Positions 1-11,557 are shown, numbered from the stretch's first letter. The stretch is 30,085 nt of DNA from Octopus sinensis (GCF_006345805.1 NW_021832519.1:1-30085); one strand, 5' to 3'. A program made the numbers and translations. The notes: a model not told the origin generated them from the sequence alone.

Positions 1-131
1 TGAAGACGCCATTGAATGTCTTGTAAGATGATTGCCATAACTGAAGACGGCGTCTAATCCCACAAATTGACTTTTTCAGTTCCATTTTCGCTTTCTCTAT
101 TTGTTTTGTTTTTTCTTCTTCTGCCTTTGTG

Positions 132-134
<3 letters not shown>

Positions 135-169
<35 letters not shown>

Positions 170-194
170 ATACATATATACATTATACATATAA

Positions 195-230
<36 letters not shown>

Positions 231-251
231 ATGTCTGTGTATACACAAATG

Positions 252-348
<97 letters not shown>

Positions 349-360
349 GCAGACAGATAT

Positions 361-395
<35 letters not shown>

Positions 396-400
396 CAAAT
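135..400. repeat. Compound microsatellite (TA)n/(TG)n/(GATA)n/(GACA)n
   Basis: Tandem di- and tetranucleotide arrays seen directly. Confidence 0.95.
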
Positions 401-768
401 TTAGACAAATGTGTTCTTTAATTGCAGAGTGTCTTTTGGCCATTAGGTCTGATGCAGCAACTTCCAACATGGACGTTGCTCATCCTTTTCAGAAAGATAA
501 ATACAAGCGATATATTCCGATCGATCTTCGTCCATTTTGTCAGTCTTCTTCAATCCCCAGTTCGGACGTGTATAATGATTGATGGTTATGGTTATAGTCG
601 TCTTGCTTGTGTTTCTTATTGCTGTTGTTGTTGTTGCGTTGGTAACTTCCTGTATATGAAGCTTGGCCTTATTGTTGTCATCAGCATCATCATCGTCGTC
701 GTCATCAACAACACTGCCATCATTACGGGTTGTCTCTTTTCAATCCATTTCATTATTTCTTTCGTGAA

Positions 769-930
769 GGCGGCGAACTGACATAATTCTCAACGAATCC
801 GATGATGTGCTTAGCAGCATTTCTTCCAGCATTTTACGCGCTGAGTTCAAGTTCGATTGAGGTCGACTGTGTCTTTCATGCTTTCGGGGTCAATAAAATA
901 ATTAGCTGATGAACACTGAGCTCGAATTTA
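769..930 (+). mobile_element. Diverged tRNA-derived SINE (GGCGGCGAGCTGGCAGA-head family), 3'-incomplete
   Basis: ggcggcgaactgacat...ctgagttcaagtt...gaggtcgactgtgtctttcatgctttcggggtcaataaaata aligns by eye with the copy at 3663-3892; the B-box-like GAGTTCAA is retained. Confidence 0.6.
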
Positions 931-1150
931 TAACAGTTTTCCACTTGCATCAGACTTGCTGCATTCCTGTTTAATATCATATTTCTAAAAAGAACATTTT
1001 GGATGGCGGTTTGTAAATCAACCAATAATATTTCGTATTTTTTTCTGTTTTGTTAATTTATTTAACGTCAACTTGAAATATATTTGTAACTTGTTACTAA
1101 AACTAATAAATCTTTCACGCTTATTAACTGAGATTTTATAGTTATTATAA

Positions 1151-1580
1151 GCGCAGCATGGCTACGGAATTAAGTAGCTTGCTTTGCTATCACGTGGTTT
1201 CAGGTTCACTTCCACAATGCGGCACATTGGGCAAGTTTCTTCAACCATAGCTCCGGGCCAACCAACACATTGTGAGTGAATTGGATAGATGGAAGCTTAT
1301 CGCTATATGTGTGCGAGTGTGGAAGAGTGAGTATGTGTGTGTAGGTGTATGTATGAGTGTGTATGTGAATGCATTTGTGCCTGTGCTTGTCACCGCACCA
1401 CGCTTGAGAAGTGGTGGTGGTATGTTTAAGACCCTATAAATTAGTGGCTCTGCAAAAGAAACCGGCTGAATAAGTACCAGACTTTAAAAATAAGTGCTGA
1501 GAACTGGACTCCATCTGTTGGACTAAAACCCATCAAGGCTTCAGATGAATTACTGAAACAAGTAAAAGATAAAGATAAAG
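1151..1580 (+). mobile_element. Diverged CORE-type tRNA SINE with internal microsatellite
   Basis: Head gcgcagcatggct...aagtagcttgc...caggttcact...cattgggcaagtttcttc matches 15527-15690; tail gaataagtaccagac...actgaaacaagtaaaag matches 17394-17585. Confidence 0.6.
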
Positions 1581-2109
1581 AGAACTTGTGTATCTGTGTA
1601 CTATCTGTGGCAGCGTTTCTAGTTGTTTATTGGATACAGCGTACAAATTGACGTCAATATTATTGCTTGTTTACACATGACATTTGTATCCGAGTTTTCT
1701 CGTGTGTGATATGTTGTTAAAGGTATTGTTATCAAGTGCAAAAGGAGCAAAAAGGGAGAGTTGCTTTCAAATATTCCACTTCTAATGAAAATAGACTTGC
1801 TGAGACGTATATATCCTCTGGTGATGGAGACCCCAGAGAGGAATATATACACCACAGAAACCGAGAAACCAGCCTCATGATCTATATGGTTTGAAAGGGA
1901 GCTAAATCCTTTTTTTTTAAGAAAATAGATATTATTTTAATGTAATACTTTCAGAGTTAAAACCTTTCATTTGGACAATTTGAACGACACTTAGGACAGC
2001 AGATACAAAACAACAGAGAATATATAAACGAAATATAAAATAAAATACAGTCGGTAATATGCTGGTGTTTATTGTTCCAGGCGAAAGTTATATTGCTTTG
2101 CATAGTTTA

Positions 2110-2465
2110 AAGAACATCACCATCTTCATCTTCATCGTCGTCGTCGTCATCATCATCATCATTAACAGTAAAATTTTCCTTCATGAGCTCCGTCCTTAGA
2201 GTCTTCCTCTTTTTCTTACTCATTCTCATCACCATCGTCGTCGTCGTCGTCATGAAGAAGACCACCACCACCACAACCTCCTCCGTCATCGTCGTCATCT
2301 TCAACGCCATTAGCCTAATCAACATCAATATCATCATTTTTATATCATTACAATTATTCTGCCAACGAATCATCAAACACTACTACTACTACTATTACTA
2401 CTACTAATACTATTAATACTACTACTACTACTACTACTACTACTATTACCTCCACCACCACCACA
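2110..2465. repeat. Mixed trinucleotide repeats (CAT/CGT/CAC/TAC)n
   Basis: Seen directly. Confidence 0.9.
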
Positions 2466-2719
2466 GCCGTTGCTATTGTGACAACATTGTCAGTTGAAAA
2501 TTTTAACCGACTTGATATTTTTGCATACACACATACACACACACGCCCACACGCACAGTGACACGCTCACTCATACACATTCACTCACACACGCACGCAC
2601 ATATACACACACGCTCTCATACACTCAACCACACACACACACACACATTTACGTACACACATACATTTACGTACACACATACGAACACACGTACACACAC
2701 ACCGAGACACTCTCATTCG

Positions 2720-3090
2720 CACACACACACACAAACACACATACCCATATTTACTCTCTCACACACACACATACACACACACAAACACACATACCCATAT
2801 TTACTCTCTCACACACACACATACACACACGCAAACACACATGCCCATATTTACTCTCTCACACACACACATACACACACACAAACACACATACCCATAT
2901 TTACTCTCTCACACACACACACACACACGGTAGCACGCTCACTCACACACACACATACACACACACAAACACACATACCCATATTTACTCTCTCACACAC
3001 ACACACATACATACACACACAAGGTAGCACGCTCACTCACACACACATACTTACCCATATTTACTCACACACACACACACACACACACAC
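2720..3090. repeat. 50-bp-period minisatellite built on (CA)n
   Basis: Motif CCCATATTTACTC at 2744, 2794, 2844 and 2894 (exact 50-bp period), then at 2978 and 3054; second motif GGTAGCACGCTCACTCAC at about 2929 and 3023. Confidence 0.9.
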
Positions 3091-3434
3091 TGGTTAATTA
3101 CTCGTACCTAGACATACGTCAGACATGCGGTTAATTAAAATAGTAACAGTACATATATTCCCTGCTAGCCAGATATGTCCGCCCTGACACCCATCCACTC
3201 ATTAATTGCTCTCATTCTAAAGACACAGTTGCCGAACAAGCAATCTCAGAGCACCTCGGTACATCTGCTAACAATACTAGAGAACATCAACTAACGACAG
3301 TCACTCCACACCGTCAATCGACATGCTAAAGATATCAGGCAAATCTTCCTCAAACCGCACCTCTGTCATCTTATATAAAACTCTGAGGCATTTGTGTGAA
3401 TACATGCATGCATATGTGTATAGATATATATAGA

Positions 3435-3495
<61 letters not shown>

Positions 3496-3596
3496 GCAAG
3501 AAGGACAGACAGACAGACGCAGGCAGGCAGGCAGGCAGACAGACAGACAGAACAGACAGACAGACAGACAGACAACAGAGACTGATAGATATATAG

Positions 3597-3598
3597 AT

Positions 3599-3657
<59 letters not shown>
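3597..3657. repeat. (GATA)n array upstream of SINE
   Basis: Seen directly. Confidence 0.95.
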
Positions 3658-3662
3658 TTAAA

Positions 3663-3892
3663 GGCGGCGAGCTGGCAGAAACGTTAGCACGCCGGGCGAA
3701 ATGCGTAGCTGTATTTCGTCTGCAGTCACGTTCTGAGTTCAAATCCCGCCGAGGTCGACTTTGCCTTTCATCCTTTCGGCGTCGATAAATTAAGTACCAG
3801 TTATGCACTGGGGTCGATGTAATCGACTTAATCCCTTTGTCTGTCCTTGTTTGCCCACTCTATGTTTAGCCCCTTGTGGGCAATAAAGAAAT
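3663..3892 (+). mobile_element. Well-preserved tRNA-derived SINE with Tx1-like 3' tail
   Basis: A-box-like TGGCAGAAACGTTAG and B-box GAGTTCAAATCC; body shared with the copies at 769, 7748 and 15251; ends CCCTTGTGGGCAATAAAGAAAT followed by (GATA)n. Confidence 0.85.

Positions 3893-3894
<2 letters not shown>

Positions 3895-3983
<89 letters not shown>
3895..3983. repeat. (GATA)n array between SINE 3' end and LINE 3' end
   Basis: Seen directly. Confidence 0.95.
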
Positions 3984-4191
3984 GTTTCTTTATTGGCCAC
4001 ACAGGGCTGCACACAGATGGGACAAGTTACAAGGTAGAGCTTTTCTTTTGGGGGATGAAAAAAAACAAAAGACAAAAGAAAAAGAAAAAAAAAGAAAAAA
4101 AGGGTGGCGTAGGTTTTCGATCAAGAGGGATCGTAAAAGGGAAGAAAAGAACAAAAAACAAAAAAAAAATAAAATAAAATAAATAAAATAA
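3984..4191 (-). mobile_element. Severely 5'-truncated copy (3' UTR only) of the Tx1-type LINE at 12371-13910
   Basis: 3984-4055 is identical over 72 nt to 12371-12442; the downstream motif ggcgtaggttttcgatc..agggatcgtaaaag is also shared; (GATA)n lies on both sides (3895-3983 and 4192-4211). Confidence 0.85.
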
Positions 4192-4668
4192 GATAGATAG
4201 ATAGATAGATAACTGTTGCCATTGTTGCTCTCATCGTTGCTCTTGCCGTTGCAATTGCTTAACTCGATCAGTCTTAGGTTCAAAAGCGTTTAATCGACGA
4301 CGATGCCATGTTCTTAATACAGTGTGATTGATTCTAGAGAGGTAAAGAGTTGCTGCGTAAACACATTTAAACACATTTAAACACATTTAAACAGCTGTCC
4401 GACATGAATAAACAATTTGATGATAATTGAACTTTATCTGGTATACGTGGTTAACAGAACCCTCCCTGGCAGCGCATGTGCGCCACGCCCCAAAGTTTGT
4501 TTCCCAACAAGTTATTCTCCCCCCGGTCGTAGCTCGAAGCAAGTAAGTTTTCGTGTGGTATTTTTGGGGGTGAATAACAAACACCATAGCTCTGCCTCCC
4601 ATCAGGACAACATCAACAATCATGAGGATGATGGTGACGACGACGACGCTGATGATGCCGTTCGCTTT

Positions 4669-4691
4669 GAAGGAAGGAAGGAAGGAAGGAA

Positions 4692-4739
<48 letters not shown>

Positions 4740-4975
4740 GGAGGAAGGGAGGAAGGAAGGAAGAAAGAAAGAAAGAAAGATAGGAAGAAAGAAAGAAAGA
4801 GAGGAAGAAAGAAAGAGAGGAAGGGAGGAAGAAAGAAAGAAAGAAAGAAAGGAAGAAAGAAAGGAAGAAAGAAAGAGAGGAAGGGAGGAAGGAAGGAAAG
4901 AAGGAAGAAAGAAAGAAAGAACGAAAGAAAGAAGGAAAGAAAAAAGAAAGAAAGAAAGAAAGAAAGAAAGAATGA

Positions 4976-5027
<52 letters not shown>

Positions 5028-5061
5028 CAGGGAGGAAGGAAGGAAGGCAGGAAGAGAGGGG
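4669..5061. repeat. ~390-bp purine-rich (GAAA)n/(GGAA)n tract
   Basis: Seen directly; accounts for the K/E/R-rich and F/L/S-rich pseudo-ORFs. Confidence 0.95.
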
Positions 5062-5384
5062 AGTCGTAAAGTTTCTGGTTTCAAGAGAAAACAGTTTTCG
5101 TTCCCGAAACCGAGTCAAGTTGCTCCGTTCCCACCACACTCCAAGACTTCCAGCTTTATAATTCCAAAAGAGAGGAATCGAGAACTCTGGCGGTGGATTC
5201 TTTAAACTGAGACGTCATAAACAAACAAATAAACAATATAAACAATATAAATAAATAAATAAATAAACAGTATCTTCGTGTCTCTTCTGAGTTTGCTGTT
5301 TTCCCAGGATCGTTTGCTGTATCCCCAACAAATGGTACTTCTTAAGTGGCCCTCGCGGCTGCGGCTGCTGATGCCGCTCTTAAG

Positions 5385-5775
5385 GATCATGATGAGGATG
5401 ATGATGATGATTATGATGATGATGAGGAGGAGGAGGAGGAGGAAGGGGGTGGTGGTGATGAATTTGTTGTAACTGCAACGTTTGCTGTTGTGGTTTTTGT
5501 TGTTGTTGTTGTTGTTGTTCCAGCTGTTTTCTTTTTTTTTATCTCGTTTTTCGTAGTTGCTGCAACCTACTGTTGTTGTTGCTGTTGCTGTTGTTGCTGC
5601 TGCTGTTGCTGCTGCTTCAGTTGTTGTTGTTGTTGCTGATGATGATGATAATGATGATGATGGAGATAAGGATGATGATGATGACGACGACAACGATGAT
5701 AATGTTTCTATTGTTATAAATATGTTGTTGTTGTTGTTGTTGTTGTTGTTATTATTTGATGTTGTTGTTGTTGTA
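5385..5775. repeat. Mixed (GAT)/(GAG)/(GTT)/(GCT)n trinucleotide repeats
   Basis: Seen directly. Confidence 0.9.
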
Positions 5776-6319
5776 GATGCGGTACAATCGAATGACGTAA
5801 GAAATTTTCTGAATGACAAAGTCCCGGGTTCGGTCTCAACGCACAGCATTTGGGGGAAACTTCTAATTTTATATTTTTGCTTTATTTTGTTTTCTTTTAC
5901 TATAGTTTCGTGTCGACCTATGTTGACACGAGACTATGGAAATGAAATTGAATTGACAGAAACTGTACGGAAGCCCATCACATAGACTGTACCTGCAATT
6001 CAAATGTGCAGCTTTATTACATTGTTACGCTGATCCCGCCATATGACTTCACATGTCTACAGAATACTCAGCAACTTCTACGTTAATTCAGTGAACACGT
6101 AATTCATGGTCGGGCCAAGATCCCTTTTTTTTTTAAGTAGGGGCTATACATTCGTTTCGGTTAAGATATTTCCCTTTGGAATCGGATCCTACAGCACGGC
6201 ATCTTCGGCAAGTTTCAGTTTTTTTTCGTATGTCTTTTTGTTGTTGTTCTATTTGTTTGTTTGTTATTTTGCTTCAGGGCGCCTCGAGTCTTGTGAGTGA
6301 AATTAGGTAGACATTTCCG

Positions 6320-6393
6320 TGTGGTTCAGATCAACCACACCGTTCAGTTTCACTGCGTGCCACCTTGGGTAAATGTCTTGTACGATATAGCTC
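6320..6393 (+). mobile_element. CORE-type SINE fragment
   Basis: gttcagttttcactgcgtgccaccttgggtaaatgtcttgtacgatatagc matches the head/CORE part of 15527-15690. Confidence 0.5.
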
Positions 6394-6399
6394 AATCAT

Positions 6400-6761
6400 A
6401 TATATGCATATATATATATATATATAATATATATATATATATTATATATATATAATATATATATATATAATATATATATAATATATATATATATATGCAT
6501 ACATAGTTCTAATTTACGGAAGAAAAAAGACGAAGACAGGTGTATGAACAACAAGCAGGTGTATTAGTTTAACTCTCGGGAAAAATGGAAAAGCCTTTTA
6601 CATTTCGAGCCTACGCTCTTCGACAGAAAGGAACAAGAGGGAAAACCCAGAGAATAACGGTTCAACATGATGAAATATATGCATGTGTATGTGTGTATAT
6701 ATATATATATATGTGTGTGTGTGTTTTGTGTTATATATATATATATATGTATATTTGTATA

Positions 6762-6849
<88 letters not shown>

Positions 6850-6980
6850 CACACACACATACACACATATATATATAGATATATATGTATGTATATATAT
6901 GTATATATATATATATATGTGTGTGTGTGTATACATATGTTATACACATACACGCACACGCACACACACACACACACACC
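6400..6980. repeat. (TA)n/(CA)n/(TG)n microsatellite clusters flanking a short complex insert
   Basis: Arrays seen directly at 6400-6500 and 6675-6980. Confidence 0.9.
6505..6670 (-). mobile_element. Possible Penelope-like terminal-repeat remnant
   Basis: The minus strand reads CTGTCGAA-GAGC-GTAG-GCTC-GAAATG, a degenerate hammerhead-like layout of the kind carried by Penelope-like terminal repeats; there is no coding support. Confidence 0.3.
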
Positions 6981-7426
6981 GCTTGGCAACTGATGTTGGT
7001 TCTTTTACGTGTCTGTAACTTAGCGTGAAGAACTGTAGGAGAATGTGAGAATGCGAGTGATGTCATCTACTGACTAACGACTCACAACGATATCGAAACA
7101 TCAGCTGTCCCAGAATCCCTTGTAGTTATGAGTCGAGTATGTTATGAACACATACTCGTTGTAAAGAAGTTGTTCTCCTGTGACGAATACAGCAGTTATT
7201 AGGAGACTCATTTATCTCGTAAATTTAATTAATTAACATTATAAATTTACAAACGCGGTAACAGAATCTTTACGTCTAAACTAAGGTAATATTTAGAATG
7301 AGAAATAAGCAAAGCTGGCACAACAGTAAATTATCAAATGCGTTCTTCAAATTTTTAAGAGATATTTGGCTGTTATTTCTAGGAAGCAGATTGACCTCAT
7401 GGACTTATCCACATCAGCAGACCAGG

Positions 7427-7627
7427 AAAATGCTCGGCGCCATTTTCTCCGTTCTTACCTTCTGAGCTCGAAATCCGTCGAGTTCTACTTTGCCTTTGCC
7501 TTTCATTCTTTTCCGGGTCGCTAAAATAAGTACCATCTGAACACAGTGGGGGGAGGGGGTACGAGGTAATCCAATTACCCCCACCCCACCCCGCCGAACT
7601 TACTGGATTTCTGCCTAAATTTGAAAC
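7427..7627 (+). mobile_element. Diverged 5'-truncated tRNA SINE with tail type 2
   Basis: ttctgagctcgaaatcc...actttgcctttcattc...gggtcgctaaaataagtacc...cccc...gcctaaatttgaaac aligns with 15251-15462. Confidence 0.55.
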
Positions 7628-7747
7628 ATGTTATTCCTATTATTGTTTAGAAGCAGTTGAGCTGATTTCGATGTCATCCACTTAACCCCCCACACCCTGC
7701 CCCATCAACTTTCAGGCCTTGTACCTAAGGGATTACTACTATTACAA

Positions 7748-7966
7748 GGCAGCGAGATGGCGGAATCGTCAGCGCGTCGAACAAAATGCTTAACGGCATT
7801 TCTTCCAAATCTTTTCGTTCTGAGTTCAAACACAACCGATGTCAACTTTGCATTTCATCCTTTTGAGATCGATAAAATAAAGTATCAGTTGAAGACTGAG
7901 GTCGATGTAAACGACTAGACCCCCCTCCCCTCAAAAGTGCTGGCCTCGTGCCAAAAATCCGAAGCC
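7748..7966 (+). mobile_element. tRNA-derived SINE, tail type 2
   Basis: ggcagcgagatggcggaatcgtcagc...ctgagttcaaac...; body shared with 3663; tail ccccctcccctcaaaagtgctggcctcgtgccaaaaatccgaagcc. Confidence 0.75.
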
Positions 7967-8508
7967 CTTTTTAGCGTTATTGTTAATCTGTTGCTGTCAT
8001 TGATAACATTCTTCTTCATGTTGTTGCCTTTGATGTTGTTGTTGCTGTTGATTTTGTAACTGATGCTGCTGTAGTTATTACTGTTGTTCGGAATGATGAT
8101 GTTGCTGTTGTTGTTGTTGATAATGATGCTGTTATAATTAGTTTTTATGGAATATAAACAGATGGAATTTTCAAGTGTGACTGAAATGTGATGTCGTAAT
8201 GTTGTTTACATATCTTTTTTTAGTTGAACTTCTACCTGTCTCTCTATCTAACTTTCTCTCTCTATATATATATATATACATCTGTGTATGCGTGTGCGTG
8301 TGTGTGTGTGTGTGGTGTGTGTGTGTGTGTGTGTGTGCGTGTATGTGTGTGCTTGTTGTTGTATGTAAGGTAAACAGGATTACGCGTGCGACTTCAATGT
8401 TTCAAAGCGCAACAAACACCAAATACCTTCACCTCACTAAGAATGCTCAAATCCATACTTACATACACACATAAAAATAGATAGAATGAAGGATAGATAC
8501 GTATATAC

Positions 8509-8611
<103 letters not shown>

Positions 8612-8771
8612 ATGTATGTATGTATTATGTATGTATGTATGTATATATATACGTATGTATGTATGTATATGTGTATATTGATATATATGTGTGTATATAC
8701 ATAAAGATATTTATACATATATACGTGTGTATACACACACACAAACACACACACACACACACATATTTTAC

Positions 8772-9055
8772 GTGCACCAAGATGCAACCGAATATTACTC
8801 TGGATGAAGTCACACATGTGAACAGCAGCTGCCCAAAAATGGCATCCAGGTACTGCCTCCCAATACGACTTGATTTTGTCGCTAAAACAATAAACAATGC
8901 CATCCGACAAAAAAAAAGGACTGTGCTGAGACGAATGCAGAAAATCGCCCTGTTCTTGAATACATGCATAAACATCAAAAGAGGGAATAAAAATGGAACA
9001 TTTCCACCAAAACTTCTCTCAAGAGCAAACAGGCCAGATGGACTTTCTGATCTGG
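8772..9055 (+). pseudogene. Degenerate C-terminal relic of an RLE-type non-LTR retrotransposon (R4/Dong/NeSL-like): zinc knuckle, RHD-like motif and PD nuclease motif
   Basis: Translates to [37 protein letters not shown], resembling E-x-x-HxxSxCP...Y...RHDxVAKxI; then, across frameshifts, [23 protein letters not shown] and NRPD, resembling WWNxxIKT...NxPD. Confidence 0.6.
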
Positions 9056-9345
9056 TACCCTCTGTCAACACCTCTCGTCCCAAGCATATCATTTCTCTGT
9101 TTAGCTTCCTTCCTGTCAGTCATAAGTCTTCTTATTCGAAATAGCTTCTTTCCTCAAACTGCTTCTCTCCGGAATACTCTACCATCATCTTGTGTTCCTC
9201 TGGTCTGTGATATTCAGTCCTTTTATCTTTCTGCCATTTGACATCTTTAGAATTTGTAGGCCCTTTCTTTATCGCCCCTCTCTAGTCCTTTACGCCACAG
9301 TGGCCTTAAGCCCTGTTTGGGACAAAATCGTGAAAAAAAAAAAAA
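9049..9345 (+). mobile_element. 5'-truncated 3' end of a CR1/L2-type LINE with A-rich tail
   Basis: DLVPSV...SSYS followed by [28 protein letters not shown] resembles the CR1/L2 ORF2 C-terminal motif NSFFPRTxxLWNxLP...DLQSFK; an A13 run follows at 9333-9345. Confidence 0.65.
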
Positions 9346-9649
9346 GCAGTGGATTTGCCAATAGTACCACGTTACTATACCACGCAGCAAATATAGAACA
9401 GAAAGACAATAAGACGTTTCGAGAGAAGTATAGATAGACAAAGGGAGTGAAAGGGAGAGATGGCGAGAGAGAGAGAGAGAGAGAATATAAACCTACATAT
9501 TTATAAACAAACAACATGATTATGACATGCGGATAGGTTGCCAACTGGAGGGAAGTCAATGAGAAGGCCTGGCAGTGAGATATTTTGAGAAAATGATATT
9601 GCGATGAGTTGTGCCAATGACACAGGAAACGTATTGCGCCATCTATACA

Positions 9650-10385
9650 CACAATCTCACACACACACACACACACACACGCGCGCGTACACATACATTT
9701 ATATAAATATGTCAGTGTGCGCGTTGTGTAAATATGTATGTGTGTGTGCGTGTGTGCGTGTGTGCACATATATACATGCATACATAAGCATATATATATA
9801 TTGGTATATGGGTATATATACATACACATGCATACGTACATATTTGTAAATATTCATATATACATCCATATATATATATATATGTGTATGTATGTATGTA
9901 CGTATGTATGTATGTATGTATGCATGTATGTATGTATTATGTATGCATGTATGTATGTATGTATGTATGTATGTATGTATGTATGTATGCATGTATGTAT
10001 GTATGTAGATCCATACATATACAAGCATATGTATGAATATGTGTATATATAAATACATACGTGCATGTATAATCTGTAAATACTCCTAAATGCATATATA
10101 TGTACATATATGAATATACATGTGAGTGTGTGTGTGTGTGTGGTGTGTGTGTGTGTGTGTGTGTGTGTATTGTAAGCATGTGTATATGCATGTGTGAATA
10201 TATAAATACCGGTATATATGGTAGGGAATACATGTGAGCCTCTCTCTATCTCTCACACACACACACACATTCTCTCTCACTCATTCTCTTTCTCTCTCTC
10301 TTTCTCTTTCTCTCTCTGTCTTTCTGTGTGCGTGTGTGTGTGTGTATGCGTGTGTGTGCGTGTGTGTGTGTGCGCGCGCGCGCAG
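9650..10385. repeat. Compound (CA)/(TG)/(TATG)/(TC)/(CG) microsatellite cluster
   Basis: Seen directly. Confidence 0.9.
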
Positions 10386-10753
10386 TATAGCTATGGGCGT
10401 GAACGTGTACATACTTTTTGAGTGCACATACGGGTACACAAATTGTTCTCTCGTATTTACTATTAACAGGGTTTCTCCTTCTCTCGAATACTCTCTGCCA
10501 CGATATGACGTCAAGCGACGATAACCTAAGTCGTCACGCTGCAATAAATTCCAAGAAGCTCTAACACACACACAGACACACCCACACACACACAGCTACA
10601 TGCATGTTCATACACGCATACATACATATGTATGTGTGCATATATATATATATTTATATAATATATATATATATATATTATTTTTATATTTATTTATATA
10701 TATATATATATAATATATGGTGTGTGTGTGTGTGTGTGTGTGTGTTGTGGTGT

Positions 10754-10788
<35 letters not shown>

Positions 10789-10893
10789 ATTCACATATAT
10801 ACTGTTATGTATGAAATATATATATACACACACTCAGACATATATACATAATACATGTGTATACTTGTATTTACTTATGAATTTATGTAGGTA

Positions 10894-10926
<33 letters not shown>

Positions 10927-11521
10927 GTTAATAAAATAGAACATATGCATATATATAAACATATATGTACGTACCTACCTCTACATGTACATATACACGC
11001 ATATATGTGTACAGGACACCAAAAAGACGTCGAACACATAGAGAGACGAAAAACATAGACACAAACCAAGGAACAAGACAAGCAAAAAAAGAGAGATACA
11101 GGACAATAAGCACAACGAAAAATCCCCTTCTTCAGTCGCTAAGGTTTCATCTACTAAACGTTTCGAAGGATAAAAGCGAGACGTATACTTCGAAGAAAAC
11201 TTCCTTCCTGCGAAAAGCAAATCAATTAAAATTCTGAGATCTTTTCGCAGAGGGGTAAAAAAAGCAAGACGGTAACGACAGTACAAACATATAAACAGTA
11301 AAAAATATATATATAAACAGTGGAAAAATAAATATATAACAGTGAGAGACAGGACAAGGAGAACAAGATAAGAAGGGCTGTTAACGCCAGACGAAAAAAG
11401 TATTGCAAACGCTGGATTAAAGTGGACGACGAGAGAGAAAAAATGTCGACCAGTAGCCTTAGAAGGCGGGCGAGAAAAGACAGGATAGCAGTTACGACGG
11501 AAGTATCGTCGCAGATATATA

Positions 11522-11557
<36 letters not shown>

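Noticed and set aside
1735-1895. 58-codon open frame (KYSTSNENRLAETYISSGDGDPREEYIHH...) as a possible exon
   Set aside because: Weak splice signals and no recognisable homology.
2720-3090. CRISPR-like array
   Set aside because: The sequence between the repeated cores is CA microsatellite rather than unique spacers, and the context is eukaryotic with no cas genes.
3095-3395. Possible Penelope GIY-YIG C-terminal relic (QAISEHL...IFLKPHLC...YKTLR)
   Set aside because: Only short scattered motifs in different frames; too weak to call without an HMM search.
4417-5205. 262-aa K/E/R-rich ORF and its 250-aa antisense ORF
   Set aside because: Produced by the (GAAA)/(GGAA)n tract.
10330-10385. (TG)n(CG)n alternating tract with Z-DNA potential
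   Set aside because: A common by-product of microsatellite abundance in this genome, with no linked feature.
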